Below, in pieces: positions 1 to 9,177 of a stretch of 64,000 bases of DNA (the first letter of the stretch is position 1; each line of letters begins with the position of its first letter). Below the pieces are notes generated by a model. The model saw only the letters and a program-made list of their open reading frames with translations. It did no database searches and was not told the DNA's origin. Source of the DNA: Planctomycetota bacterium (GTDB lineage: Bacteria > Planctomycetota > SZUA-567 > H5-PLA8); assembly GCA_038227875.1 (NCBI GenBank), contig JBBRPR010000001.1, positions 282,364-346,363 of the forward strand. Direction: 5' to 3'. The translations under genes and the position numbers were made by a program.

Positions 1-167
1 TTCCTGACCTTGGCCTTCACGTCAGCGATGCGGGTATAGGCTTCGAAGACGCGGCCGACATCGACGACGGCGATGCGCCGCGGGTGCTCTTCTGCATATA
101 GAAGGGAGGAATTCAGACCAAGCACAATGAGAAGTGACACGTATAGGCGGACCCGGGTCAGGGACAT
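1..167 (-). CDS. skp: OmpH/Skp family periplasmic chaperone, 5' part (runs off window start)
   Basis: Not in ORF track. Reverse strand reads MSLTRVRLYVSLLIVLGLNSSLLYA-EEHPRRIAVVDVGRVFEAY...; signal peptide plus OmpH-type IAVVDxxRVF start; GGAGG RBS upstream. Confidence 0.75.
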   Translation of the reverse strand, partial: MSLTRVRLYVSLLIVLGLNSSLLYAEEHPRRIAVVDVGRVFEAYTRIADVKAKVR

Positions 168-275
168 CTGTAGAAACCTCCATGTACTTCAGGATAGAAG
201 ACTTGAATCACATGGATTGAACGCCTGCGCGAAGGCAAGCTTCAAAACTTTCGGTCAGGATGGGGTCAAAAAAGC

Positions 276-304
276 TTGATTCTGGTTTGAGCGGAGCTTA
301 CTAT
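276..304 (+). promoter_or_regulatory. sigma70-type promoter for the aspC operon
   Basis: TTGATT-N17-TACTAT. Confidence 0.6.
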
Positions 305-321
305 TCGTCTGTTTGATCTGG

Positions 322-356
322 CAAGGACCGTCTCCTCGGGCGGTCTTTGTTTTTTT
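322..356 (+). terminator. Intrinsic-terminator-like hairpin in the aspC leader
   Basis: CAAGGACCGTCT-cctc-GGGCGGTCTTTG followed by T7. Confidence 0.65.
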
Positions 357-385
357 ATTGGCGTCTACGAAGAAGTGAGATTTCC

Positions 386-1588
386 ATGGCTGTTTCAATT
401 TCATTAGCACGTCGCATCCGCGAAGTTCAACCCAGCGCCACGCTGGCGGTCGACTCCAAGGCCAAAGCGTTGCAGGCTCAGGGGATCGACATCGTCAATT
501 TCGGCGCGGGCGAACCGGATTTCAACACGCCGGCCCACATCGTCGAAGCCGGCACCAAGTCGATGAGCAGCGGCGACACGAAGTACTTCGCCAAGCGCGG
601 CGCCGAATTGAAAAAAGGCATCTGCGAAAAGCTCAAGCGCGAGAACAACCTTGAGTACAAGCCCGAACACATCGTCGTCAGCAACGGCGCCAAGCAGAGC
701 TTGTACAACCTGATGCAGGTGCTGATCGACGAAGGCGATGAAGTCATCATTGTCGCGCCGTACTGGGTCAGTTACCTCGAGCAGGTCCGGCTCGCCGGCG
801 GCAAAACGGTGATCATCGAGACCGACGAGAAAACGCACTTCAAGACCACGCCCGAGCAGCTGCAGAAGGCGATCACGCCGAAGACGAAGCTGTTCATCCA
901 CAACAGCCCGTCGAACCCGACCGGCACGACGTACACGCCCGACGAGATCCGGGCGCTGGGCGCGGTGATCGAGAAGGCCGGAATTCTGGCGCTTTCTGAC
1001 GAAATCTACGAACGCCTGATTTACGGCGGCATCAAAGCGCTCTCGCTGGCGGCCGTTTCGCCGGGGCTTAAAGACCAGGTGATTACCGTCAACGGAGTCG
1101 CCAAGTCGTTCTCGATGACCGGCTGGCGCATCGGCTGGGCGGCGGGTCCGGAAAGCGTGATGAAGGCCGTGCAGAAATTCCAGAGCCACGCGACGAGCGA
1201 ACCGGCGGCGTTCAGTCAGGCCGGCGCGGCGGAAGCCTACGCGAGCATCGCCGCTTCCGATGCGGCCGTGAAAGCCATGCACGAACAGTTCGACGTGCGC
1301 CGCCGCCAGATGCACAAGCGGCTCAACCAGCTGCCGGGCGTCACCTGCCTGGAGCCGATGGGCGCGTTCTACGCGTTCCCCAATGTTTCAGGCGTGTTCG
1401 GGCGGTCGTTCAAGGGCGTGACGGTCAAGACGCCGATGGACTTCTGCAACGTCGCGCTGGAGCAGGCCGGCGTCGCGCCGGTTCCGGGCGAAGCCTTCGG
1501 CTCGCGAAACCACATTCGTCTCAGCTATGCCACCAGCATGGAGTTGATTAACAAAGGTCTGGACCGTCTGGAGCTGTTGTTAAAGTAG
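386..1588 (+). CDS. aspC: PLP-dependent aminotransferase class I/II (aspartate aminotransferase-like)
   Basis: GAGEPDF, NSPSNPTG, SDEIY, NGVAKSFSMTGWRIG motifs; start taken at ATG 386. Confidence 0.92.
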   Translation: MAVSISLARRIREVQPSATLAVDSKAKALQAQGIDIVNFGAGEPDFNTPAHIVEAGTKSMSSGDTKYFAKRGAELKKGICEKLKRENNLEYKPEHIVVSNGAKQSLYNLMQVLIDEGDEVIIVAPYWVSYLEQVRLAGGKTVIIETDEKTHFKTTPEQLQKAITPKTKLFIHNSPSNPTGTTYTPDEIRALGAVIEKAGILALSDEIYERLIYGGIKALSLAAVSPGLKDQVITVNGVAKSFSMTGWRIGWAAGPESVMKAVQKFQSHATSEPAAFSQAGAAEAYASIAASDAAVKAMHEQFDVRRRQMHKRLNQLPGVTCLEPMGAFYAFPNVSGVFGRSFKGVTVKTPMDFCNVALEQAGVAPVPGEAFGSRNHIRLSYATSMELINKGLDRLELLLK

Positions 1589-1690
1589 GCTATTGGCGCG
1601 CGTGCGGAACGCCTCGTCCAGATTACTGGATTGGGGCGAGTCGGTGTTTGTCACGCGGCCAGGATAAAAAAGAAGCGGGAGAAATCAGGC

Positions 1691-2158
1691 ATGGACACAG
1701 TGCCGATGACGCGCGAAGGTCTGGATAAGATCATCGCGGAAGTGACGGAACTTGAAGAGCGCAGACCCAAAGTCCTGCTGCAGATCAAGGAAGCGCGCGA
1801 GAAGGGCGACTTGTCTGAAAACGCGGAGTACCATGCCGCGCGCGAAGACCTGTCGATGCTCGAAGGCCGCATCCGCGAGATGAAGGACAAGATCTCCCGC
1901 GCCGTCATCGTCGACAAATCGAAAATCGGCGGCAACACCGTCGTCTTCGGCGCCACGGTCAAGCTGTTGAGCATCGCCGACAACGAGGAAGAGGAATACT
2001 CGCTGGTCGGTGAAGGCGAAAACGACCCGCTGGCCGGAAAGATCCTGACCACCAGCCCGATGGGTCAGGCGCTGCTGACCAAGAAAGTCGGCGACAAGAT
2101 TGAAGTGCCGACGCCGAAGGGCGCGTTGAAATTCAAGATCCTGGAAATCCGTTTCTAG
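1691..2158 (+). CDS. greA: Transcription elongation factor GreA
   Basis: AREKGDLSENAEYHAA, VVFGATV, SPMGQALL motifs. Confidence 0.97.
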   Translation: MDTVPMTREGLDKIIAEVTELEERRPKVLLQIKEAREKGDLSENAEYHAAREDLSMLEGRIREMKDKISRAVIVDKSKIGGNTVVFGATVKLLSIADNEEEEYSLVGEGENDPLAGKILTTSPMGQALLTKKVGDKIEVPTPKGALKFKILEIRF

Positions 2159-2198
2159 AAAGGGAAGTATTCGCGCCGTGTAGTTGACTGCGTCCCGT

Positions 2199-3383
2199 AT
2201 GGCCAAACGTACGCACAGCAATCCGAAGGCGAAGTCCGTTGCGCCCGCATCCAGCCGCGTCAAAGTGGCTGAAGGCGTCAGCAGCAACGGCAGCGCCCCG
2301 TCGTTGGATCAATTGCGCGGCACCATCGACACGCTGGACGCGCAGATCGTCAAGCTGATCAACGAACGCGCGCAGCACGCGATTGAAATCGGCGCGATCA
2401 AGGCCCGCACGGGGGTGAAGGCGTACAACCCGTCCCGCGAAATCCAAGTCTACCGCAAGGTCGCCTCGCAGAATCACGGACCGTTGCCCAACGAAGCCTT
2501 CAAGTCGATCTACCGCGAGATCATGTCGGCGACCATCGCGCTGGAACGGCCGACCCGCGTTGCGTTCTTCGGACAGCCGGGAACGTTCACGCATCTGGCG
2601 GCGCTGACCAAGTTCGGTTCGTCGGTCGAATACATTCCGACGCGCGACATCCGCGACGTCTTCCTCGCCGTCGCGCGCGGCCGGGCCGACTACGGACTCG
2701 TGCCGATCGAGAATTCGACCGAAGGCGGCGTCAATCAGTCGATCGACATGTTCGCCGAGACGCGGTTAAAGATCGCCAGCGAAATCTACCTGCCGATCCA
2801 TCATCATCTGCTCGCGAAGTGCCCGTTCAAAGAGATCAAGGTCGTCTACAGTTTCGGCCAGCCCTTCGCGCAATGCCGCAACTGGCTGATGGGCCACCTG
2901 GGCAACGCGGAAAAACGGGAAGTGCCCTCGACGGCCGCCGCCGCTGAACGCGCCGCGAAGGAACCGCACGCCGCCGCCATCGCCGGCTCGCTGGCCTCCG
3001 AGATTTACGACATTCCCATCGTCGTCGAGAACATCGAAGATTCGCCCGACAACATCACGCGCTTTTTCGTCGTCGCCGAACGCATGGCCGAACGGACCGG
3101 CCGCGACAAGACCAGCCTGCTGCTCTCGATCAAGGACCAGCCCGGCGCGCTCTTGAAGCTGCTCCAGCCCTTCCAGAAAAATCGCATCAACCTGACACGG
3201 ATCGAATCGCGGCCGAGCAAGCGGCGCGCGTGGGAGTACCATTTCTTCCTCGATCTGGAAGGCCACGTCGAAGACGAAGCCGTCAAGCGGACGATGAAGG
3301 ACCTGGAAGCGCACGTCAAACATCTGGAAGTGCTGGGTAGTTATCCGACGTCCGAGCGCATGCCGGTGGCGGGGAAGCGTTGA
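2199..3383 (+). CDS. pheA: Chorismate mutase/prephenate dehydratase (P-protein)
   Basis: N-terminal CM domain (LRGTIDTLDAQIVKLINER), PIENSTEG, NITRF, ACT domain IESRPS. Confidence 0.95.
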   Translation: MAKRTHSNPKAKSVAPASSRVKVAEGVSSNGSAPSLDQLRGTIDTLDAQIVKLINERAQHAIEIGAIKARTGVKAYNPSREIQVYRKVASQNHGPLPNEAFKSIYREIMSATIALERPTRVAFFGQPGTFTHLAALTKFGSSVEYIPTRDIRDVFLAVARGRADYGLVPIENSTEGGVNQSIDMFAETRLKIASEIYLPIHHHLLAKCPFKEIKVVYSFGQPFAQCRNWLMGHLGNAEKREVPSTAAAAERAAKEPHAAAIAGSLASEIYDIPIVVENIEDSPDNITRFFVVAERMAERTGRDKTSLLLSIKDQPGALLKLLQPFQKNRINLTRIESRPSKRRAWEYHFFLDLEGHVEDEAVKRTMKDLEAHVKHLEVLGSYPTSERMPVAGKR

Positions 3384-3385
3384 AA

Positions 3386-3428
3386 GTAGTTTTCAGTTTT
3401 GAAGTTTCAGTTTTGAGTTGTGTTTGAA
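3386..3428 (+). repeat. Degenerate heptamer tandem (GTTTTCA/GTTTTGA)
   Basis: gttttcagttttgaagtttcagttttgag directly after the pheA stop. Confidence 0.7.
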
Positions 3429-3452
3429 CGTGGCGGTTAGGAAGGGGTCTGT

Positions 3453-4208
3453 ATGCGTCGCTCGTTTGTGGCCGGCAACTGGAAGATGAACAAGACTCCC
3501 GACGAATCCAAGGCGCTGGTCGCGGCCTTGCGGGAGAAGCTGTCGGGATTCGACAGCTGCGACGTCGCGGTCTTTCCCGCGGCCGTCAGCATTCCCGCCG
3601 TCGCCGACGTCCTCAAGGGCTCCAAGATTGCCTGGGGCGGACAGAACATGTACTGGGAAAAGTCCGGCGCGTTCACCGGCGAACTTTCCGGCCCGATGCT
3701 GGTGGCCTGCGGCTGCGAGTACGTGCTCTGCGGACACAGCGAACGCCGCTTGTACTTCGGCGAAACCGACGCGACGGTCAACAAGCGCGTCAAGGCCGCC
3801 CTCAGCTTCAAGCTCAAACCGATTCTCTGTGTCGGCGAAACGAAAGACGAACGCGTCGCGAACATCACCATCGAAGTGGTCAAGCGCCACGTACTGGACG
3901 GCCTGGCGGGACTGACCGCCGAACAGATGGGGCAGTTGACCATTGCCTATGAGCCGGTCTGGGCGATCGGCACGGGGTTGACGGCCACGCCGGCCCAGGC
4001 GCAGGAAGTCCACGCCCTGATCCGCGGGCTGGTCCGGGAGCAATTTGGCACGGGCATCGCCGACGCCCTTCGTATACAATACGGTGGCTCGGTCAAACCC
4101 GAGAACGCCAAGGAACTTGTGCACCAGCCGGACATCGACGGCGCGCTGGTGGGCGGTGCCAGTTTGGTGGCGGACGACTTTGAGAAGATTGTCCGCGGAG
4201 CGAAGTAA
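3453..4208 (+). CDS. tpiA: Triosephosphate isomerase
   Basis: AGNWKMN, GHSERR, AYEPVWAIGTG, YGGSVKP, LVGGASL. Confidence 0.98.
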   Translation: MRRSFVAGNWKMNKTPDESKALVAALREKLSGFDSCDVAVFPAAVSIPAVADVLKGSKIAWGGQNMYWEKSGAFTGELSGPMLVACGCEYVLCGHSERRLYFGETDATVNKRVKAALSFKLKPILCVGETKDERVANITIEVVKRHVLDGLAGLTAEQMGQLTIAYEPVWAIGTGLTATPAQAQEVHALIRGLVREQFGTGIADALRIQYGGSVKPENAKELVHQPDIDGALVGGASLVADDFEKIVRGAK

Positions 4209-4216
4209 CGGGGAGA

Positions 4217-4450
4217 ATGACCATGCATGGAATGATCCCGACTGTACTCAGCGTCCTGATCGCGTTCACCGGCATTCTGATGATGTTTTTCATTCTGCTT
4301 CAGGACAGCAAAGGCGGCGCGTTGACGATTCTGGATGGCACGAAGGCGACGAATCTCGACACGGTCACCAATCCGTTGCGCCGCGCGACTGCAGTTCTGG
4401 CGGGACTCTTTTTCGTGCTCGTGATTGTTCGAACGATGATGGGTGGTTGA
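4217..4450 (+). CDS. secG: SecG-like protein (short paralogue)
   Basis: Two TM segments, ILLQDSKGG...VTNPLRRAT; directly after tpiA; start 4217 or 4223. Confidence 0.75.
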   Translation: MTMHGMIPTVLSVLIAFTGILMMFFILLQDSKGGALTILDGTKATNLDTVTNPLRRATAVLAGLFFVLVIVRTMMGG

Positions 4451-4522
4451 AGCAGGACGTACGCCGAATCCGCGTGCGTTTTTGAATTTGAATTTTCAAT
4501 TCGTAAGCAAGGGGGAAGTAAG

Positions 4523-5143
4523 ATGAACGGTTTTGTACTCGCAGCTTCGGGCGCCAGCGGTTGGGCCGATTTCATTCTGACCGGCATGGTTGTGCTCGTC
4601 GCGATTCTGATGACGGGATTCATCCTGCTGCAGGAAGGCAAAGGCGGCGGCTTGACGGCGCTGGGCGGCACGAAGGCCGCGGGCGTTGAAGGCGTCACCA
4701 ACCCCATCCGCCGTGCCACGGGCTGGCTGGCCGGGATCATGTTCGTCCTGCTGATTGTCCTGGGCATCATGCACAAGCCCGCAGCGACGACAAGCCTTGG
4801 CGAAGACAAGTCCGCGGCCATCGAAACCGCGCCTCCGGGCGAAGCGCCCAGCCCCGTCGGTCAGCCGGCGGTGCCAGTGAGCGCGACCGCTCCGATTCCC
4901 GCTGCCCCTGTCGTTCCTGACGCCAACAAAGCTCCCGCGCTGAAGGCCGGCGACGCGCCGAAGACGGACGCTCCGAAGACCGACGCGCCCAAGACGGATG
5001 CCACCAAGACGGACGCGCCCAAGGTTGACGCACCCAAGACCGACGCGCCGAAGGAAGCGCCCAAGGTTGAAGCGCCGCCCGCGCCCGCGCCAGCCCCGGC
5101 TCCGGTCGCTCCAACGCCCGAACCGACCAAGGACGGCAAGTAA
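4523..5143 (+). CDS. secG: Preprotein translocase SecG with long Pro/Ala-rich C-terminal tail
   Basis: ILLQEGKGGGLTALGG...NPIRRAT, two TMs, low-complexity tail. Confidence 0.85.
   Translation: MNGFVLAASGASGWADFILTGMVVLVAILMTGFILLQEGKGGGLTALGGTKAAGVEGVTNPIRRATGWLAGIMFVLLIVLGIMHKPAATTSLGEDKSAAIETAPPGEAPSPVGQPAVPVSATAPIPAAPVVPDANKAPALKAGDAPKTDAPKTDAPKTDATKTDAPKVDAPKTDAPKEAPKVEAPPAPAPAPAPVAPTPEPTKDGK
4952..5056 (+). repeat. 15-bp coding tandem repeat (DAPKT, about 7 copies) in the SecG tail
   Basis: gacgcgccgaagacg units with synonymous variation. Confidence 0.9.
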
Positions 5144-5183
5144 GTCTCATCCATGTGCTCGACGCAACAACCAGGTGCCTTCA

Positions 5184-6161
5184 ATGTCTGATGTGACGAC
5201 GGTCAAGTCCAAGCGCAAGTCCCCGGCGGCCGCTGCGACTCCTGCAGCGGCTCCGTCGTCTGCGATTCCGCCGGTTCGTTCGATGACCGGCTACGGAAGC
5301 GCCTCGCTGGAAGACGCGCACCGCGTGACGGCCGAAATCCGCTCGGTCAACGGCCGCTTCCTGAAGCTCTCCGTGAAAGTCATGGGCCGCTACGGCGCGC
5401 TGGAAGACCGCGTCAAAGCGCTGCTCAACGAAATCGGCATCAAGCGCGGCAGCGTCGACGTCTCGCTCTTCTTCAACGGCAACACCTCCGACGAAGGCAA
5501 CTACGGCATCAACGAAAACGCCGTGCGCAACTACGTCAACCAGGCGCGCGCGCTGAATAAAAAGTTCAAGCTCAAGGGCGACATCCAGCTCGGCTCGATT
5601 CTTTCCCTGCCCGAAGTGGTCAAGCGTTTCGAGACCGAAGACGACATCGAAGCCGTCTGGGCCAGCTCCCGCAAGGCGCTGACCCTGGCGCTCAACGATT
5701 TCTCCGCGATGCGCGAGCGCGAAGGCGTCTCGATGGCCGCCGACATCCGCTTGCAACTGGCCAAGCTGGCTGAACACCGCACCGCGATCCTCTCCAACGC
5801 CCCCGACGCCTTGAAGGCCGCGATCGAAAAGTTCCGCGAACGCGTCACGCGGCTGCTGGAACAGTCGAAGCTCGCCGCGCCGGTCAATCCGGAATGGCTG
5901 GAACGCGAAATTGTGCTGATGAGCGACCGCACGGACATCAGCGAAGAGCTGGCGCGGTTGCAGAGCCACTTCGAGCAGATGGAAGAGACGCTGGTGGCCG
6001 GCGGCGAGACCGGCAAGAAGCTCGATTTCCTCACTCAGGAACTGTTCCGCGAGACCAACACCATCGGTTCCAAAGCGCAGGACGAACGGATCACGCACCG
6101 GGTGGTCGAGATGAAAGGGCTGATCGAGAAGATCCGCGAACAGGTCCAGAATCTCGAATAA
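5184..6161 (+). CDS. yicC: YicC/YloC family endoribonuclease
   Basis: RSMTGYG, EIRSVNGRFL, DISEELARL, GKKLDFLTQELFRETNTIGSK. Confidence 0.95.
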   Translation: MSDVTTVKSKRKSPAAAATPAAAPSSAIPPVRSMTGYGSASLEDAHRVTAEIRSVNGRFLKLSVKVMGRYGALEDRVKALLNEIGIKRGSVDVSLFFNGNTSDEGNYGINENAVRNYVNQARALNKKFKLKGDIQLGSILSLPEVVKRFETEDDIEAVWASSRKALTLALNDFSAMREREGVSMAADIRLQLAKLAEHRTAILSNAPDALKAAIEKFRERVTRLLEQSKLAAPVNPEWLEREIVLMSDRTDISEELARLQSHFEQMEETLVAGGETGKKLDFLTQELFRETNTIGSKAQDERITHRVVEMKGLIEKIREQVQNLE

Positions 6162-6225
6162 CGTGGCGGCCCTTGAGCTCGATCTCGACCCTGAGATCGA
6201 AACAGGGCAACAGGTTGGATTGAAC

Positions 6226-6819
6226 ATGAGACGCGGCGTCTTCTTTCTCGTGGCAGGTCCGGCCGGTGTGGGCAAGACCACGCTGCTTAAACGGCTGCTG
6301 GCGGAAGAGAAGGGCGTGATCAAGGCGGTCTCCGTGACGACGCGGAAGCCGCGGCCGGGCGAAGTGGAGGGCGTGGCGTACTACTTCTGGGACACGGAGC
6401 GCTTCACCAACGCGGTGGAGCGCAATGAGTTTCTGGAACACGCGGTAGTGCACGAACATCATTACGGCACGCCGAAGGGATTCATCGAGGAACGGCTGGC
6501 GCGCGGCGTGGATGTGATCAAGGACATCGACGTCCAGGGCTTCGCGCAGATCCGGCAGATGGAGCAGTACCGCTATCCGCGATCCGTGGGCATCTTTGTG
6601 ATGCCGCCTTCGCCGGAAGCGTTGATCGAACGGCTCAAGGGCCGCGGCAGCGAGGAAGCGAATTCACTGGAAGTCCGCATCCGCAACGCCGAAGCAGAAA
6701 TGGCGCGCGTCCGGGAGTACGATTATCAGGTCGTCAACGATGATCTGGACCGCGGGTTGTTCGAATTGAAGGCCATCCGGCTGGCCGAACATTGCCGGAT
6801 CAGAAATTCGCAGTCGTAA
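6226..6819 (+). CDS. gmk: Guanylate kinase
   Basis: GPAGVGKTT, SVTTRKPRPGEVEG, YGTP, DIDVQG. Confidence 0.96.
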   Translation: MRRGVFFLVAGPAGVGKTTLLKRLLAEEKGVIKAVSVTTRKPRPGEVEGVAYYFWDTERFTNAVERNEFLEHAVVHEHHYGTPKGFIEERLARGVDVIKDIDVQGFAQIRQMEQYRYPRSVGIFVMPPSPEALIERLKGRGSEEANSLEVRIRNAEAEMARVREYDYQVVNDDLDRGLFELKAIRLAEHCRIRNSQS

Positions 6820-6868
6820 GAGCTTTAAAAAGTGGAGTGGTGTTGCGGTGCCCATTTTTGGAGGAAGC

Positions 6869-7216
6869 ATGGAACCGAAGGAACTGGAATCACTGTTGAC
6901 CAAGGTCGGCGGCAAATACAAGCTGGTGACGCTGTACCAGAAGCGCATGCGTGAACTGCAGCGCGGCCTGCCGCGCCTGGTCACAAGCGAAACGGGCAGC
7001 CCCTGGGACGTGGTCTCCAAAGAGATCATGACCGGCAAAGTCGACTTGATCATGGGCGAAGAAGCCGATTCGATGCGCAAGGAAATCGCGTTGCGCGAAG
7101 CGGAAGACAACGCCGATGCCGAACGCAAGGCCAAGCGCCTGGACGGTGGCAAGCCCAACGTCGCCATCGCGCCTCCGCCGCCGGCGACCAGCCCGGAACC
7201 GGAAGTGAAGCAGTAA
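6869..7216 (+). CDS. rpoZ: RNA polymerase omega subunit
   Basis: KVGGKYKLVTLYQKRMREL; position after gmk; GGAGG RBS. Confidence 0.88.
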   Translation: MEPKELESLLTKVGGKYKLVTLYQKRMRELQRGLPRLVTSETGSPWDVVSKEIMTGKVDLIMGEEADSMRKEIALREAEDNADAERKAKRLDGGKPNVAIAPPPPATSPEPEVKQ

Positions 7217-7283
7217 GGAAATTTCGAATGCCGGATGTCGCGTGAGAAACCACGCGGCATTCGGCATCCGACTCGGAGTTTCT
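7217..7283. repeat. Palindromic intergenic element with GAATGCC/GGCATTC arms
   Basis: gaatgccggatgtcgcgtg-agaaac-cacgcggcattcggcatcc. Confidence 0.7.
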
Positions 7284-7284
7284 C

Positions 7285-7851
7285 ATGGCTGCGCGACTTG
7301 CCGGAAAACAGATCATCCTCGGCGTCTGCGGCGGCATCGCGGCGTACAAGGCCTGCGACCTGGCCTCGAAGTTGGTGAAGGAAGGCGCGCGGGTCACCAC
7401 GGTCCTCACCCGCAACGCCCGGAAATTCGTCACGCCTTTCGCCTTCGAGGCGCTGACCGGCCAGCCCTGCCTCACCAAAAGTTTCAAACGCATCACGTCT
7501 GGCGAAAATCCATACCCGCATATTGAGCCCGCGAAGACCGCCGACCTGGTGATCATCGCCCCGGCCACCGCCGACCTGATGGCCAAGCTCGCGCACGGTC
7601 TGGCCGACGAACTGCTGCCCACGCTCATGCTTTCCATCCGCTGTCCCGTGCTGATTTGCCCGGCAATGAATGTCCAAATGTGGGATCACCCCGCCACGCA
7701 AGCCAACGTCGAGAAGTTGCGCCAATACGGCTACACGCTGATCGGCCCCGACGCCGGGAACCTCGCGTGTGGCATGGAAGGCGCAGGCCGCCTCACCGAG
7801 CCGCCGCAGATCGTCGACGCTGCGTGCAAGGCGCTGAAGGCGAAGGGCTGA
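7285..7851 (+). CDS. coaC: Phosphopantothenoylcysteine decarboxylase (stand-alone)
   Basis: GGIAAYKA, APATAD, PAMNVQMW, LACG..GAGRL. Confidence 0.93.
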   Translation: MAARLAGKQIILGVCGGIAAYKACDLASKLVKEGARVTTVLTRNARKFVTPFAFEALTGQPCLTKSFKRITSGENPYPHIEPAKTADLVIIAPATADLMAKLAHGLADELLPTLMLSIRCPVLICPAMNVQMWDHPATQANVEKLRQYGYTLIGPDAGNLACGMEGAGRLTEPPQIVDAACKALKAKG

Positions 7852-7903
7852 GGAGCATCCGCAACACAATCCCGAGTGCCAAGAGTTACGAGCCCAGATC
7901 CGC

Positions 7904-8611
7904 ATGAATATCCTCATTACCGCTGGTCCCACCATCGAAGACATCGACCCTGTGCGCTTCATCTCCAACCGCGCGTCGGGGAAACTCGGCGTTGAACTTG
8001 CGGCTGCGGCGTTGAAGGCCGGACATCGCGCCACGCTGGTTCACGGTCCGGTCGGTGACACCGTGAATGCCGCGATCGCGAAACTGGCTCGAAACAAGCG
8101 CGCCACGATTGTTCCCGTGCGCAGCGCGGCGGAGATGCATCGCGCGGTGATGGCGCACCTGCGTGGCGCGGACGGGGTGATCATGAGCGCCGCGGTGGCG
8201 GATTTCACACCGGCCAGTTTCTCCGTCTCGAAGCTGAAGAAAGCCAAGCAAGGACTCATCCTGACGTTGAAGCCGACCGTCGACATTTTGCGCGACGTCG
8301 GGCGCCGCAAGGGTAAGCGCTCAACGCCAGTTCTGATCGGCTTCGCTCTCGAAACCGGTACCGGCCGCACGAGCCAACAGCGCCGTGCCTCGCAGACCTC
8401 CGAAGCGCTCCGCAAACTCCGCGATAAGAATTGCGATGCGATTGTGCTGGATTCGCCAAAAGCGATGGGCGCGAGTGACGGTGATTTTCGCATTTTGTTT
8501 CGAGATGGTTCGGAGCTGGACTGCACGGGGATGTCGAAGATGGCACTAGCAGGAGAATTGGTGAAGTTAGTCGCGGCTATGCATCAAAAAATTCGGCAAT
8601 CGGCACACTGA
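7904..8611 (+). CDS. coaB: Phosphopantothenate-cysteine ligase (stand-alone)
   Basis: ITAGPTIEDIDPVRFISNRASGKLG, SAAVADF, GFALET. Confidence 0.92.
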   Translation: MNILITAGPTIEDIDPVRFISNRASGKLGVELAAAALKAGHRATLVHGPVGDTVNAAIAKLARNKRATIVPVRSAAEMHRAVMAHLRGADGVIMSAAVADFTPASFSVSKLKKAKQGLILTLKPTVDILRDVGRRKGKRSTPVLIGFALETGTGRTSQQRRASQTSEALRKLRDKNCDAIVLDSPKAMGASDGDFRILFRDGSELDCTGMSKMALAGELVKLVAAMHQKIRQSAH

Positions 8612-9134
8612 ATCCGGGCAGAATGGTTCCACCATCGAGCAGTTCGCCATCGTGAACGATCTTCGGCTCACCACCGAGCGGAAATAGCTTTACGGTGCGG
8701 GTATGTGGATCGGCGACCCAGACCATGTCCACGCCGATGGCGTGGTAGTCTTCGACTTTTTCTTCGAGATCTTTCCAGGAACGATCTATGCCGACGACCT
8801 CGACAATCAACTCAGGCGCAACGCCCAAAAATCCCTGGGGTGTCTTGTTTCGCGGAATACGTTGATACGAAATGAAGAGAACGTCCGCGCCACGAACGCG
8901 AGGGAGATTTTCGCGGATTTTTACGCCAGTCTCGTTGGTCAAGACCCAACCCAATTTCTTCCTTTTCACGAAGTTTGCGATCTGGAGAACAAAATTGACA
9001 GAGCAATAACCGTGGTCAAATCCACCTGGCGCCAAAGGCACGACCTCCCCATCAATAAGTTCGCACGACCCCAGCGTCGGAGCCAGCTTCTCAAATTCCT
9101 CGCATGTAATCAGTACCTTCGGCGTCGTATTCAT
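8577..9134 (-). CDS. Uma2 family putative endonuclease
   Basis: ELIDGEVV, ADVLF, PELIVEV, Y...GV..VWVADP, LPGFSVPIAEFF; start 9134 or 9152. Confidence 0.9.
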   Translation of the reverse strand: MNTTPKVLITCEEFEKLAPTLGSCELIDGEVVPLAPGGFDHGYCSVNFVLQIANFVKRKKLGWVLTNETGVKIRENLPRVRGADVLFISYQRIPRNKTPQGFLGVAPELIVEVVGIDRSWKDLEEKVEDYHAIGVDMVWVADPHTRTVKLFPLGGEPKIVHDGELLDGGTILPGFSVPIAEFFDA

Positions 9135-9177
9135 ACTCTGAGTATATTCCATTCGATTCCTGGTTCACTAGAAAACT

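Noticed and set aside
8577..9134. Uma2 gene as a defence system
   Set aside because: Stand-alone member of a commonly expanded family; no methylase or partner nearby
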